NCBI GenBank assembly: GCA_046861395.1 | Contig: JBHHUC010000058.1 | Location: 1 to 14,203, forward strand | DNA length: 14,203 bases | Origin: Fidelibacterota bacterium | GTDB lineage: Bacteria > Fidelibacterota > Marinisomatia > Marinisomatales > JABMOV01 | Reading direction: 5' to 3' | In this document: positions 1 through 7,173 of the stretch, in pieces | Numbering within the stretch: the stretch's first letter is position 1 | Layout: each line of letters starts with the position of its first letter | Notes under the pieces: model-generated | What the model was told of the DNA's origin: nothing | The model's input: the letters and a program-made list of their open reading frames with translations, nothing else | The model's database searches: none | Program-made: the position numbers and the translations under genes

Positions 1-109
1 CCGGCGTACGGTTCGGCTCCGGGAGTAATTGATTCCGTTCATAAAACCGGATGGTCTCGATATTCAGCCCGGTCTCACGGGCTAGTTTTCCGATGGTGAA
101 TTCGGACAT
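1..109 (-). CDS. MerR-family (heavy-metal-responsive type) transcriptional regulator, 5' part only (runs off the window)
   Basis: Not in the ORF track. Manual translation from ATG at 109 (-) gives MSEFTIGKLARETGLNIETIRFYERNQLLPEPNRTP, matching the MerR HTH pattern (TIGxLAxxxGxxxETIRFYERxxLLxxPxRT). GGAG RBS at 116-119. Confidence 0.9.
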   Translation of the reverse strand, partial: MSEFTIGKLARETGLNIETIRFYERNQLLPEPNRTP

Positions 110-130
110 AGTCTTCTCCGTTTAAGGGGG

Positions 131-162
131 AATATAGTACCCTGTATCTAACTACAGGGCAA
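131..162 (-). promoter_or_regulatory. MerR-type promoter/operator for the merR-like gene
   Basis: The minus strand reads TTGCCC-TGTAGTTAGATACAGGGTAC(20 nt)-TATATT. A perfect dyad CCCTGTA-N6-TACAGGG at 140-159 overlaps the -35 and fills the spacer, as in MerR/CadR/ZntR operators. An alternative -10 TACTAT gives a 17-nt spacer. Confidence 0.75.
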
Positions 163-215
163 GGAGAAAAATCAATATGTTAAATGGAACATTGGCGGAG
201 GGTTGGAGTGGGGAT

Positions 216-246
216 AAAAAAAAGGGCAGCCTGGCTGCCCTTTTTT
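216..246 (-). terminator. Intrinsic terminator downstream of the cold-shock gene (potentially bidirectional)
   Basis: AAAAAAAAGGGCAGC-CTG-GCTGCCCTTTTTT: a GC-rich perfect stem flanked by A and T tracts, ~60 nt after the csp stop. Confidence 0.9.
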
Positions 247-303
247 GCTACTTAATCTAAATCTTTTGAATCTCGAATAAGTACTGCGTCGTCAATAAAA
301 CGA

Positions 304-513
304 TTAAATGACGGTGACTTTATCGGCCGCCTGACCCTTGGGGGTCGTAACGACTTCAAATTCAACTTTGTCATTTTCCTTCAATGAACGAAAGCCATCC
401 GAATCAATCGAATTGTGATGGACGAAAAGATCGTCACCGGATTCACGCGAAATGAATCCGAAGCCTTTTTTATCATTGAACCATTTTACTGTACCAGTTT
501 CACGGTTTGACAT
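304..513 (-). CDS. cspA: Cold-shock protein (CspA family)
   Basis: 69 aa with [15 protein letters not shown] (RNP1) and DLFVHHNSI (RNP2), plus a GGAG RBS upstream. The symbol is family-level only. Confidence 0.97.
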   Translation of the reverse strand: MSNRETGTVKWFNDKKGFGFISRESGDDLFVHHNSIDSDGFRSLKENDKVEFEVVTTPKGQAADKVTVI

Positions 514-631
514 GGTAACTCCATATGTATTGTAAAAGTGTGTCGTAATTACATCTGGATTTCGAAAATCTGGTCACAACGAATTGCTAAAGAGATCAAA
601 ATCGAACGAACTGCATTAGACATCAGACCCA

Positions 632-660
632 AGGTTAAGCAAAATATTGACCAAATGAAA
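632..660 (-). promoter_or_regulatory. Possible promoter for csp, implying a ~110-nt 5'UTR
   Basis: The minus strand reads TTTCAT-N17-TAACCT. The same stretch also contains TGG-N10-GC (sigma54-like spacing). Long 5'UTRs are typical of csp genes. Confidence 0.3.
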
Positions 661-826
661 CATATATTTACTAAAATGTTATTTCCTCGAAATTTCCGGT
701 ATTCGAAACCCTTCATGAAAAAGAATTGCCGACCTATCCTGGGAACCTTCTACCCGGGAATTAACTATTTCAGATTTTTCATAATGATGATAAATTGATA
801 TTGTTATCGCCCTTCAATAATTGCAG

Positions 827-3064
827 ATGACATCCTACTTATCATTCGAACGCTCCTTTCAGTCACGCAAGTTGCTATTGCAGCACTGTGATGGTTCGCG
901 GGCTGTCGTAACCGTTTTGATAGAAATCGTAAAGGAATTCCCGCCTGGGATTTCTCAGGATCGGTTAATTTCCTATTACCTGGAACTGGTGACCTATGTA
1001 ACAAGACATGTTTCCCGTGATTCACTGCGGTTTCGTCGTTTGGAAGATATGGATATCCTGCGAACCCATATCATGGGAATGAAAGACCTGATACCGGAAC
1101 CGGACTATCGCCGTGTAATCGAGGCTCTGACTTCCGTCATGGTGTGTACCTCATTGTATATCAGACAGTACGATCGTCTGGGGGCGTTGATCCCTGATCT
1201 GAATGATCTGGTGCCCAATTTACTTCGGAGCGGACCACGCCCGCCGGAAAATATGCTGGGCGACATATTGGACAAAGTGCCGGATAGTTCCCAATGGGAG
1301 GACCTGCAATTCTTTTACAATAAATTCCGGAAAAGGCAAGCCGGAAATAAGGCTCTGGTAGCCTTAGTGGAACAGATCTATGATGGGAACAGCGAGGCAA
1401 GAATATCCCATGGTTTGTTGAGTTCTTTAACGGTAACCATTGATGAACTCTCGGACAATGCAGAAGCGGATATCTTTACCTTCAATCATAAGACCATTTC
1501 CGGCAGTGATTTGATTTTCAGTCAGATTGAGAGTGCCTTTCAATTTGCCAAGCGCTATGTCCTGGGAGCTCACAACGCCCGGAATATGCATTATCATGCG
1601 TCTTTCTCCTTTGCCGATATTGAGGCGCTGTATTCGGGGAATTCCCTGGGATTGGCCATTGGTCTGGTGATGATATCGGCCTTGAGTCACCGGGAAGGAG
1701 CTACCTGGGAATATATCCTCAGACCGACCTTTGCCATGACGGGTACATTGGAATACACTGGCGAAATCAATAAGGTTGCGCCGGAAACAATTGTAGAAAA
1801 ACTGGAAGCGGCCTTCCTGTCTCCCGTAACGGCATTTGTCCTGCCGGCGGCCAACTATGCAACCGCTCAGAAGACTTGGGCTGACCTGAAAAAACGTTAT
1901 CCCCATAAAATACTTGACCTCATACCGGTAAGAACCATCCAGGATTGTCTTCATAACAACCAGTTGATTGTCCGGGAAAAACGCCGGCTGACACACCGTC
2001 TGAAATCCAAACGTTTCCAGCGACAGATCCCCACTTTTGCGGCATCCCTGATCACAGTGCTAATGGCCACCCTACTGGCCTATTTCATGATGGACAACAA
2101 CCCGGTAAAACTGGTGGCAAATGAAACGGAAATTCAAGCCCTGAACACGCGGGGACGCATCCTTTGGCGTCATGATTTTGATGAACCGCAATCCATTAAA
2201 TACACGGGTTTCCTGAGTCCGGTGGATATTCATGATTATGATGGGGACGGGGAAAATGAAATCTTCTATGTTGCCAAGACATTGCGAAGCCCTAATGCCG
2301 ATATTGTTTTCTTTTTTGATTCCGATGGCGAGGTAAAATGGTCGGCCCGCGAAACTCGTGCCATGGTTTTTGGCACGGAAGTCATGAATCCTTCCTATAC
2401 AGGTTATTATCTTATTCCGGTTGAAAAGAACAATGAACGTACGATTTTTACCGTTTTTAATCAAAAACCCTGGTATCCCGATGAAATTGTACAATATGAT
2501 TATCGGGGGAATAGACTGCAGGAGTTCTGGAATTCCGGACAAATTAAATACTTAGAATTGTATGATATGGAACAGGACGGTGAAGTGGAATTGATTGCCG
2601 GTGGTGGCAGTAATGATTACGATTCCCCCATCCTGGCAATATTTTCCCTGGATAAAGTATCCGGGTATTCACCGGTAGACGACCCCCATTATCGCCCTCA
2701 AGGCGTTCCTCCCGGGACATTCAAATATTTTATTCGTTTTCCCCGGCTTCATTCTTTAATGAGCACAAATTTACGCGAGTTCGTCCACCATATCAGGCTC
2801 GGCGATGCCAATCAAATACATGTATTTATTAATTCGGTATATGGACCGTATATCGTAACACTCAACTTTTCTCTGCAGGTTGTTGACTTTACTCCCGCTG
2901 ATAATTTTTTAAGTGATTATTATAAAAATTATGGTATCGAATATTTTGATGAATATCCCCGGGACAGCGTACTTGCCAGAATCAGGCAGATTGAATTCTG
3001 GGACGGCGATAGCTGGACCACAACACCGACGATCAATAAATACTGGTACGGGGACGGTGAATAA
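827..3064 (+). CDS. Membrane-anchored protein: N-terminal unknown region, Lon/S16-like protease domain, single TM helix, extracytoplasmic FG-GAP-like repeat/beta-propeller region
   Basis: YSGNSLGLAIGLVMISAL...FAMTGTLEYTGEINKV...IVEKLEAA...FVLPAAN aligns by eye to the Lon C-terminal pattern (DGPSAG...VAMTGEITLRG.V...LKEK..AA.....ILP..N). A basic stretch precedes the hydrophobic IPTFAASLITVLMATLLAYFMM (~2027-2092). DxDGDG-type motifs follow: DIHDYDGDGENEIF and LYDMEQDGEVELIAG. The start is ATG 827 or TTG 821. Confidence 0.75.
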   Translation: MTSYLSFERSFQSRKLLLQHCDGSRAVVTVLIEIVKEFPPGISQDRLISYYLELVTYVTRHVSRDSLRFRRLEDMDILRTHIMGMKDLIPEPDYRRVIEALTSVMVCTSLYIRQYDRLGALIPDLNDLVPNLLRSGPRPPENMLGDILDKVPDSSQWEDLQFFYNKFRKRQAGNKALVALVEQIYDGNSEARISHGLLSSLTVTIDELSDNAEADIFTFNHKTISGSDLIFSQIESAFQFAKRYVLGAHNARNMHYHASFSFADIEALYSGNSLGLAIGLVMISALSHREGATWEYILRPTFAMTGTLEYTGEINKVAPETIVEKLEAAFLSPVTAFVLPAANYATAQKTWADLKKRYPHKILDLIPVRTIQDCLHNNQLIVREKRRLTHRLKSKRFQRQIPTFAASLITVLMATLLAYFMMDNNPVKLVANETEIQALNTRGRILWRHDFDEPQSIKYTGFLSPVDIHDYDGDGENEIFYVAKTLRSPNADIVFFFDSDGEVKWSARETRAMVFGTEVMNPSYTGYYLIPVEKNNERTIFTVFNQKPWYPDEIVQYDYRGNRLQEFWNSGQIKYLELYDMEQDGEVELIAGGGSNDYDSPILAIFSLDKVSGYSPVDDPHYRPQGVPPGTFKYFIRFPRLHSLMSTNLREFVHHIRLGDANQIHVFINSVYGPYIVTLNFSLQVVDFTPADNFLSDYYKNYGIEYFDEYPRDSVLARIRQIEFWDGDSWTTTPTINKYWYGDGE

Positions 3065-3070
3065 AGTTTA

Positions 3071-3097
3071 TAACCTTTTGCCATATATTGCGTCTAA
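3071..3097 (+). promoter_or_regulatory. ECF sigma-type promoter upstream of the TonB-dependent receptor
   Basis: TAACC-TTTTGCCATATATTG-CGTCTAA, i.e. AAC-N17-GTCTAA, the classic ECF -35 AAC / -10 CGTC geometry. It ends ~33 nt before the ATG. Confidence 0.6.
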
Positions 3098-3130
3098 CCT
3101 TCCTTAACTGCATGCGATAACAGGAAACGA

Positions 3131-5575
3131 ATGAAAACGATAGTGATCTATGTTCTGGCCGGACTGACATTACTGGCGGCACAAAAACCCGGTCCCGGCC
3201 GAGTTCCACCCAAAATTGGCATTATTCATGGAACTGTTCTGGATTCCATGAACCGTTTACCCGTGGAATATGTTTCCCTGTCCCTGGTCAATCTGCGGAC
3301 CATGGAAATCACCACTGGGGGACTCACCGATAAGGCCGGGGCATTTTATATTAAGGACATTCCCCTGGGGAAATACCAGGTCGTTATTCAATTTATCGGG
3401 TATGAAACCCTGAAGATTGGACCGTTAGTTCTATCACCCCGCGGTGACGGGGTGAAGCAGGAGTTGGGAACCATCTTATTGGTACCCACCACGCTCCAAA
3501 TGTCGGAAGTCGCCGTGGAAGGTGAACGTCCCATGTTCAGTCAGACAGTGGAGAAGAAGATATTCAATGTGGAGCAGAATACCCTGTCCAGCGGTGGATC
3601 AGCCTTGGACGTCTTGCGGCAAGTACCCGGAGTGGATGTGGATATTGATGGCAACATTTCGGTGCGGGGCAATACCAATGTGAATATTCTAATCGATGGC
3701 AAGCCATCCACCATGACCAGCGGTGACAGTGAAATGCTCCTGGAAAACATTCCGGCCAATAATATTCAGGATGTTGAGGTATTGACCAATCCTTCCGTGA
3801 AATATGATCCGGAAGGCATGGCCGGGATCATCAATATTGTCCTGAAGGAAAATAAATTTGCCGGATTGAACGGTAATTTCAACCTGGGCGGGTCTTCCAA
3901 TCTGGGTTCAAATGTGTCGGGTCAGGTGAACCTGCGTAATGAAAAGATCAATCTGTTCCTGAATCTGGGAACGAGGAATGACGTTCGTGACGCCTTTGGG
4001 GATACGTATAAAGAAACATTTCTGGCGGATACCACGATTCTGGATCAGGTCATCTCCGGTAACCGGGGCGGTTCATCACTGCTCCTGAAATCCGGCCTTG
4101 AATATTATTGGAATCGTTGGAATACTCTGGGTCTCACGATTGCCGCCAATCGGCACCGCCATGACCATTACCGGCGGACCAATACCATTCAGACGGATTC
4201 GACGGTTTCACAATATTATCGCATCTCCGATCATGGCAACCAACGGTCCTCGCTGGATTATATTCTGACCTATGACCGCAAGTTTACCAACCCGCGTCGG
4301 ACCTTATCGTTATATCTACAACGCGCGACAGGAGAGAATATCCGTGATGATTTTCAGCAATCTCATTATCCGGTCGGGGCTCTGGTTACCCATCTTGATC
4401 CAGAACAATCTGATCTGACCGGATTGAATTCCAAGCTGGATTTCCAATTGGATTATGTCCATCCTCTGTCAGGCAAGAACAAGCTGGAAATTGGAGTGAA
4501 AAGCAGCACTGGTTCAATCGATACTGATTACCAGACCTATTTTGTGGACGACAATACAACCATCGTGGACAGCACCAGATCCAACCACTTCATTTTTACG
4601 GAATCCATTCACAGCGGTTATGGATTATTCAGTAAAAAAGGTGACCGGTTAGGTTATCAGATTGGTTTGCGCCTGGAACAGGCTACCAACCGATCCCAAT
4701 TGCTGGATACACGGGAGGAATTCAGGAATCCCTATGTCAGTCTTTTCCCCAGCGCTTCATTCACGCTGGGTTCACAAAAGACAATCCAGCTTCAGGCCAG
4801 CTATTCCAAACGGATAAAACGTCCTTCTTCGCGACAGCTTAATCCGGCCATTTTCCAATTTGATCAATCCAGCCTGCGGATGGGAAATCCCTTTTTAAAA
4901 CCAGAATACATTGATATTACAGAAATTGGTTTATCTACCTTCCGGCATGGCTTATCACTCTCCGCCACCCTGTATTATCGCTATGTTACAGATAAAATCA
5001 ATCGTTATAAATACACAACGGAAGACGGAGTGACCATCCTTACCTATGAGAATTACGATCATCTCCGTGCCTACGGCACCGAATTCATTGTGACGGGGAC
5101 ATTGCATCCGTCCCTACGCATCATGGCCAGTACCAATATTTACACGGATGAGACTCGCATTTCCGGTCTTACCGATGAGGACCTGGTACAGACTTCGACG
5201 GGATTCAATTCCCGGTTCACCACGACCTGGTCGGTTCGTCCTACCACGGAAGTAATGTTTATGGTATTTTATCGTTCTCCCCGGGAATTGCCATTCGGAG
5301 AAATGAAATCCATGTCATTTTCAAGTCTTTCCCTGAAGCAGTCATTCCTCTCAGACCGGCTGTCGCTCTCCCTCAGGCTGAATGATATCTTCGACACCAT
5401 GGGATTTGGGTTTAAAACTTGGGACCGTTATTATTATCAGGAAAATAATCGCAGTTTTGACAGCCAAATCGCCACCATCGCATTGGAATATAGATTCGGC
5501 AACATGGAAGACCGTAGCCGGTACAGCCGCCGCAACAGGGGAGGAGAGCGGGGTGATGAATTTGAGATCGAATAG
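3131..5575 (+). CDS. TonB-dependent receptor / outer-membrane beta-barrel protein with N-terminal carboxypeptidase-regulatory-like domain
   Basis: Signal peptide MKTIVIYVLAGLTLLA, then a carboxypeptidase-regulatory-like domain (IHGTVLDS...TDKAGAFYI...GKY....FIGY). Plug motifs SALDVLRQVPGVDVD-GNISVRG, ILIDGKPS and VEVLTNPSVKYDPEGMAGIINIVLK. Barrel motifs YSKRIKRP, GNPFLKPE and LEYRFG. Confidence 0.93.
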   Translation: MKTIVIYVLAGLTLLAAQKPGPGRVPPKIGIIHGTVLDSMNRLPVEYVSLSLVNLRTMEITTGGLTDKAGAFYIKDIPLGKYQVVIQFIGYETLKIGPLVLSPRGDGVKQELGTILLVPTTLQMSEVAVEGERPMFSQTVEKKIFNVEQNTLSSGGSALDVLRQVPGVDVDIDGNISVRGNTNVNILIDGKPSTMTSGDSEMLLENIPANNIQDVEVLTNPSVKYDPEGMAGIINIVLKENKFAGLNGNFNLGGSSNLGSNVSGQVNLRNEKINLFLNLGTRNDVRDAFGDTYKETFLADTTILDQVISGNRGGSSLLLKSGLEYYWNRWNTLGLTIAANRHRHDHYRRTNTIQTDSTVSQYYRISDHGNQRSSLDYILTYDRKFTNPRRTLSLYLQRATGENIRDDFQQSHYPVGALVTHLDPEQSDLTGLNSKLDFQLDYVHPLSGKNKLEIGVKSSTGSIDTDYQTYFVDDNTTIVDSTRSNHFIFTESIHSGYGLFSKKGDRLGYQIGLRLEQATNRSQLLDTREEFRNPYVSLFPSASFTLGSQKTIQLQASYSKRIKRPSSRQLNPAIFQFDQSSLRMGNPFLKPEYIDITEIGLSTFRHGLSLSATLYYRYVTDKINRYKYTTEDGVTILTYENYDHLRAYGTEFIVTGTLHPSLRIMASTNIYTDETRISGLTDEDLVQTSTGFNSRFTTTWSVRPTTEVMFMVFYRSPRELPFGEMKSMSFSSLSLKQSFLSDRLSLSLRLNDIFDTMGFGFKTWDRYYYQENNRSFDSQIATIALEYRFGNMEDRSRYSRRNRGGERGDEFEIE

Positions 5576-5600
5576 GATGAAAATTCCTGTATAAATCGAT

Positions 5601-5629
5601 TTGCCGTTCGCCGCTGTTCGCGATAGATT
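5601..5629 (+). promoter_or_regulatory. Sigma70-type promoter for the DUF3078-like gene
   Basis: TTGCCG-N17-TAGATT in the intergenic region, ending ~31 nt before ATG 5661. Confidence 0.5.
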
Positions 5630-5660
5630 AATTCCTTTTTCAACATCATACGGGACAACT

Positions 5661-6485
5661 ATGCACAATCAATGGAGTAAAATTCTGATTCTGAGCACAT
5701 CCTTGCTCTGGTCGCAATCAGAGCCGGTGATGACAAAGTCTTTGTTGGGGACCCTTCATTTCACACAAACGGCTCATGATAATTGGACCCCGGGCGGGGA
5801 GGATGTTTTAACCTGGTTTCTGGATGTCAAAAGCAAATTCAGTCGGGAAACCGAAGGGTCGGTATTCAAGGCTGAAGGTCATGCCAATTATGGTAAAACC
5901 AGGATTGCTGCGGCGGCGGCCAGAAAATCTCTGGATGAATTGAAACTGGATACATTCTACGCCCGGAAGCTGGATTGGGCGGTAAATCCGTACTTTTCGG
6001 CGCAATTGTCAACCCAGATGGCCGCCGGTTATACCTTTACCGACTCCTCACGTAAACAGGTATCCGCATTTTTGAATCCTGGGTATTTCATTCAAACCCT
6101 GGGGCTGGGGATTTCCCACGGTGAAGATTGGGCAGTAAGAATGGGTGCTTCCGTCAAAGAGACCATATCCCGACGATTTCCACTGCCCGTAATGGGAGAG
6201 CCCGGTGTTACGGAATCCTTTCGCCGGGAATTGGGTGTCCAGGCCGAAGGGGATTGGAAAAAACAGATCGGTGATGAATCATTACTCACGTCGGAGCTGG
6301 ATCTGTTCTCCAGCTTTAAGGGAATTGAACGCATTGATGTTTCCTGGGACAATAATATTACGACCCGGTTTGCGAAATATTTTCAGACCAGTTTTCAGTA
6401 TAAAATTGTTTACGATTGGGATTTATCCCGGCGCCGTCAGGTGAAATCGGTATTATCCTTCGGCGTACAATATACTATCATATAA
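5661..6485 (+). CDS. DUF3078-like putative outer-membrane beta-barrel protein
   Basis: Signal peptide MHNQWSKILILSTSLLWS. Motifs QTAHDNWTPGGE, RKSLDEL, SAFLNPGY and DVSWDN...KY resemble DUF3078. C-terminal amphipathic strand LSFGVQY. ATG 5661 is preferred over TTG 5601. Confidence 0.8.
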   Translation: MHNQWSKILILSTSLLWSQSEPVMTKSLLGTLHFTQTAHDNWTPGGEDVLTWFLDVKSKFSRETEGSVFKAEGHANYGKTRIAAAAARKSLDELKLDTFYARKLDWAVNPYFSAQLSTQMAAGYTFTDSSRKQVSAFLNPGYFIQTLGLGISHGEDWAVRMGASVKETISRRFPLPVMGEPGVTESFRRELGVQAEGDWKKQIGDESLLTSELDLFSSFKGIERIDVSWDNNITTRFAKYFQTSFQYKIVYDWDLSRRRQVKSVLSFGVQYTII

Positions 6486-6512
6486 AAAAGCCTCTCCGAA
6501 AAGAGGCTTTTT
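6484..6512. terminator. Bidirectional intrinsic terminator between convergent genes
   Basis: AAAAAGCCTCT-CCGAAA-AGAGGCTTTTT lies between the stop at 6485 (+) and the stop at 6515 (-). Confidence 0.9.
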
Positions 6513-6514
6513 GA

Positions 6515-6952
6515 TCACGGTGTCGTTACCGCCGTTACCACCGATGGCGTTGAAACGGCCGGTGGGCCGGAATCGGTGGAATCCAGCACAAGCTCATCCA
6601 AGTGCCTTTCATCCGCCAGATCCGTCGTATAGGCCTGACCGTTCCAATAAAACACCTGTCCCGGACCTAGGGTTTCGCGGGCGTCGGCGAAGGCTTCGGC
6701 AAAGGAAGGCATCAGCCGTTCCCCCGGTATATCCGGTACCGGTTCGGACCTGGTCTCGGCCGTCATTTCATTCAACCTGTCTACGGTTGGCAAGGAGACG
6801 GGAGTCTGGACAGTAGGTCTGACCGGAGATGGTTCGGGAATGATCAACGGAGCAGGGCGGTCATATTGCAGGACCAGGATCATGACGATGCCCACCGCTG
6901 CTCCGAGGAGTGCGACATTACGCTTCCGGGAAGTGTGCGCTTTTTTCCTCAT
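6515..6952 (-). CDS. Hypothetical N-terminally membrane-anchored protein (145 aa) with Pro-rich linker and small SFAEAF-ARx-GPG-F-WNG-YTT domain
   Basis: ATG at 6952 is preceded by the RBS AGAAAGGAAAACCT. Basic N-terminus, then TM segment VALLGAAVGIVMILVL, a Pro/Thr-rich linker and the compact motif SFAEAFADARETLGPGQVFYWNGQAYTTD. Confidence 0.8.
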   Translation of the reverse strand: MRKKAHTSRKRNVALLGAAVGIVMILVLQYDRPAPLIIPEPSPVRPTVQTPVSLPTVDRLNEMTAETRSEPVPDIPGERLMPSFAEAFADARETLGPGQVFYWNGQAYTTDLADERHLDELVLDSTDSGPPAVSTPSVVTAVTTP

Positions 6953-6988
6953 AGGTTTTCCTTTCTGTTTTGGTTCGATCAACGATTG

Positions 6989-7016
6989 TTCAACCGGAAA
7001 ATCATGCTGGGGTTCC
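6989..7016 (-). promoter_or_regulatory. ECF sigma-type promoter for the 6952 gene
   Basis: The minus strand reads GGAACC-CCAGCATGATTTTCCG(16)-GTTGAA, i.e. AAC-N17-GTTGAA. This predicts a TSS near 6984-6986. Confidence 0.55.
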
Positions 7017-7036
7017 TGGGAATTTCGGTAGGATGG

Positions 7037-7102
7037 AAAAATGGCGGCGCGAAGGTGTTGACCGAACCATAGAAAGGAAATCCTATGATCCCGCGCCGCC
7101 GT
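7037..7102 (-). ncRNA. Candidate small antisense RNA targeting the translation-initiation region of the neighbouring gene
   Basis: 9-bp GC stem (7100-7092 with 7051-7043) followed by AUUUUU. Inner hairpin GAUCAUAGGA/UUCUAUGGUU with loop UUUCCU. Positions 7057-7088 form an imperfect inverted repeat of 6949-6983. A -10-like TTGTAATTT lies immediately upstream. Confidence 0.6.
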
Positions 7103-7105
7103 AAT

Positions 7106-7118
7106 AAATTACAAAATT
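7106..7118 (-). promoter_or_regulatory. Putative -10 element (TAATTT) driving the candidate sRNA
   Basis: The minus-strand 13-mer AATTTTGTAATTT also occurs on the + strand at 11287-11299 upstream of pfp. It ends ~5 nt before the start of the GC stem. Confidence 0.45.
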
Positions 7119-7173
7119 GTCGCGAATTTGATCGACCCTTTCCTGGAATATTTTTAACTTATATCCTACGTAG

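Noticed and set aside
638..653. Sigma54-like GG-N10-GC upstream of csp
   Set aside because: It lacks the TGGCAC core, and a sigma70-like -10 (TAACCT) explains the region equally well.
538..798. 86-aa ORF on + between csp and the Lon-like gene
   Set aside because: GTG start with no RBS and no recognisable motif. It overlaps the expected csp leader and divergent promoter region.
780..808. Fur-box-like GATAAT hexamers (CATAATGATGATAAATTGATATTGTTATC)
   Set aside because: The best alignment I found is about 12/19 to the consensus in an AT-rich region, which is too weak.
6511..7072. Plus-strand ORFs 6511-6816, 6840-7031 and 6866-7072
   Set aside because: They are shadow ORFs antisense to the 6515-6952 gene and its regulatory region, and have no protein-like features.
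6949..7088. Inverted repeat interpreted as MITE/IS ends or a CRISPR repeat
   Set aside because: There is only one imperfect pair, with no transposase, no obvious target duplication and no array. One arm is the gene's own RBS and start codon, and the mismatches fit G-U pairing.
6515..7102. Classical type I toxin-antitoxin system
   Set aside because: The target protein is 145 aa with a stalk and a domain, unlike the short hydrophobic peptides of typical type I toxins. It is kept only as an antisense-regulation hypothesis.
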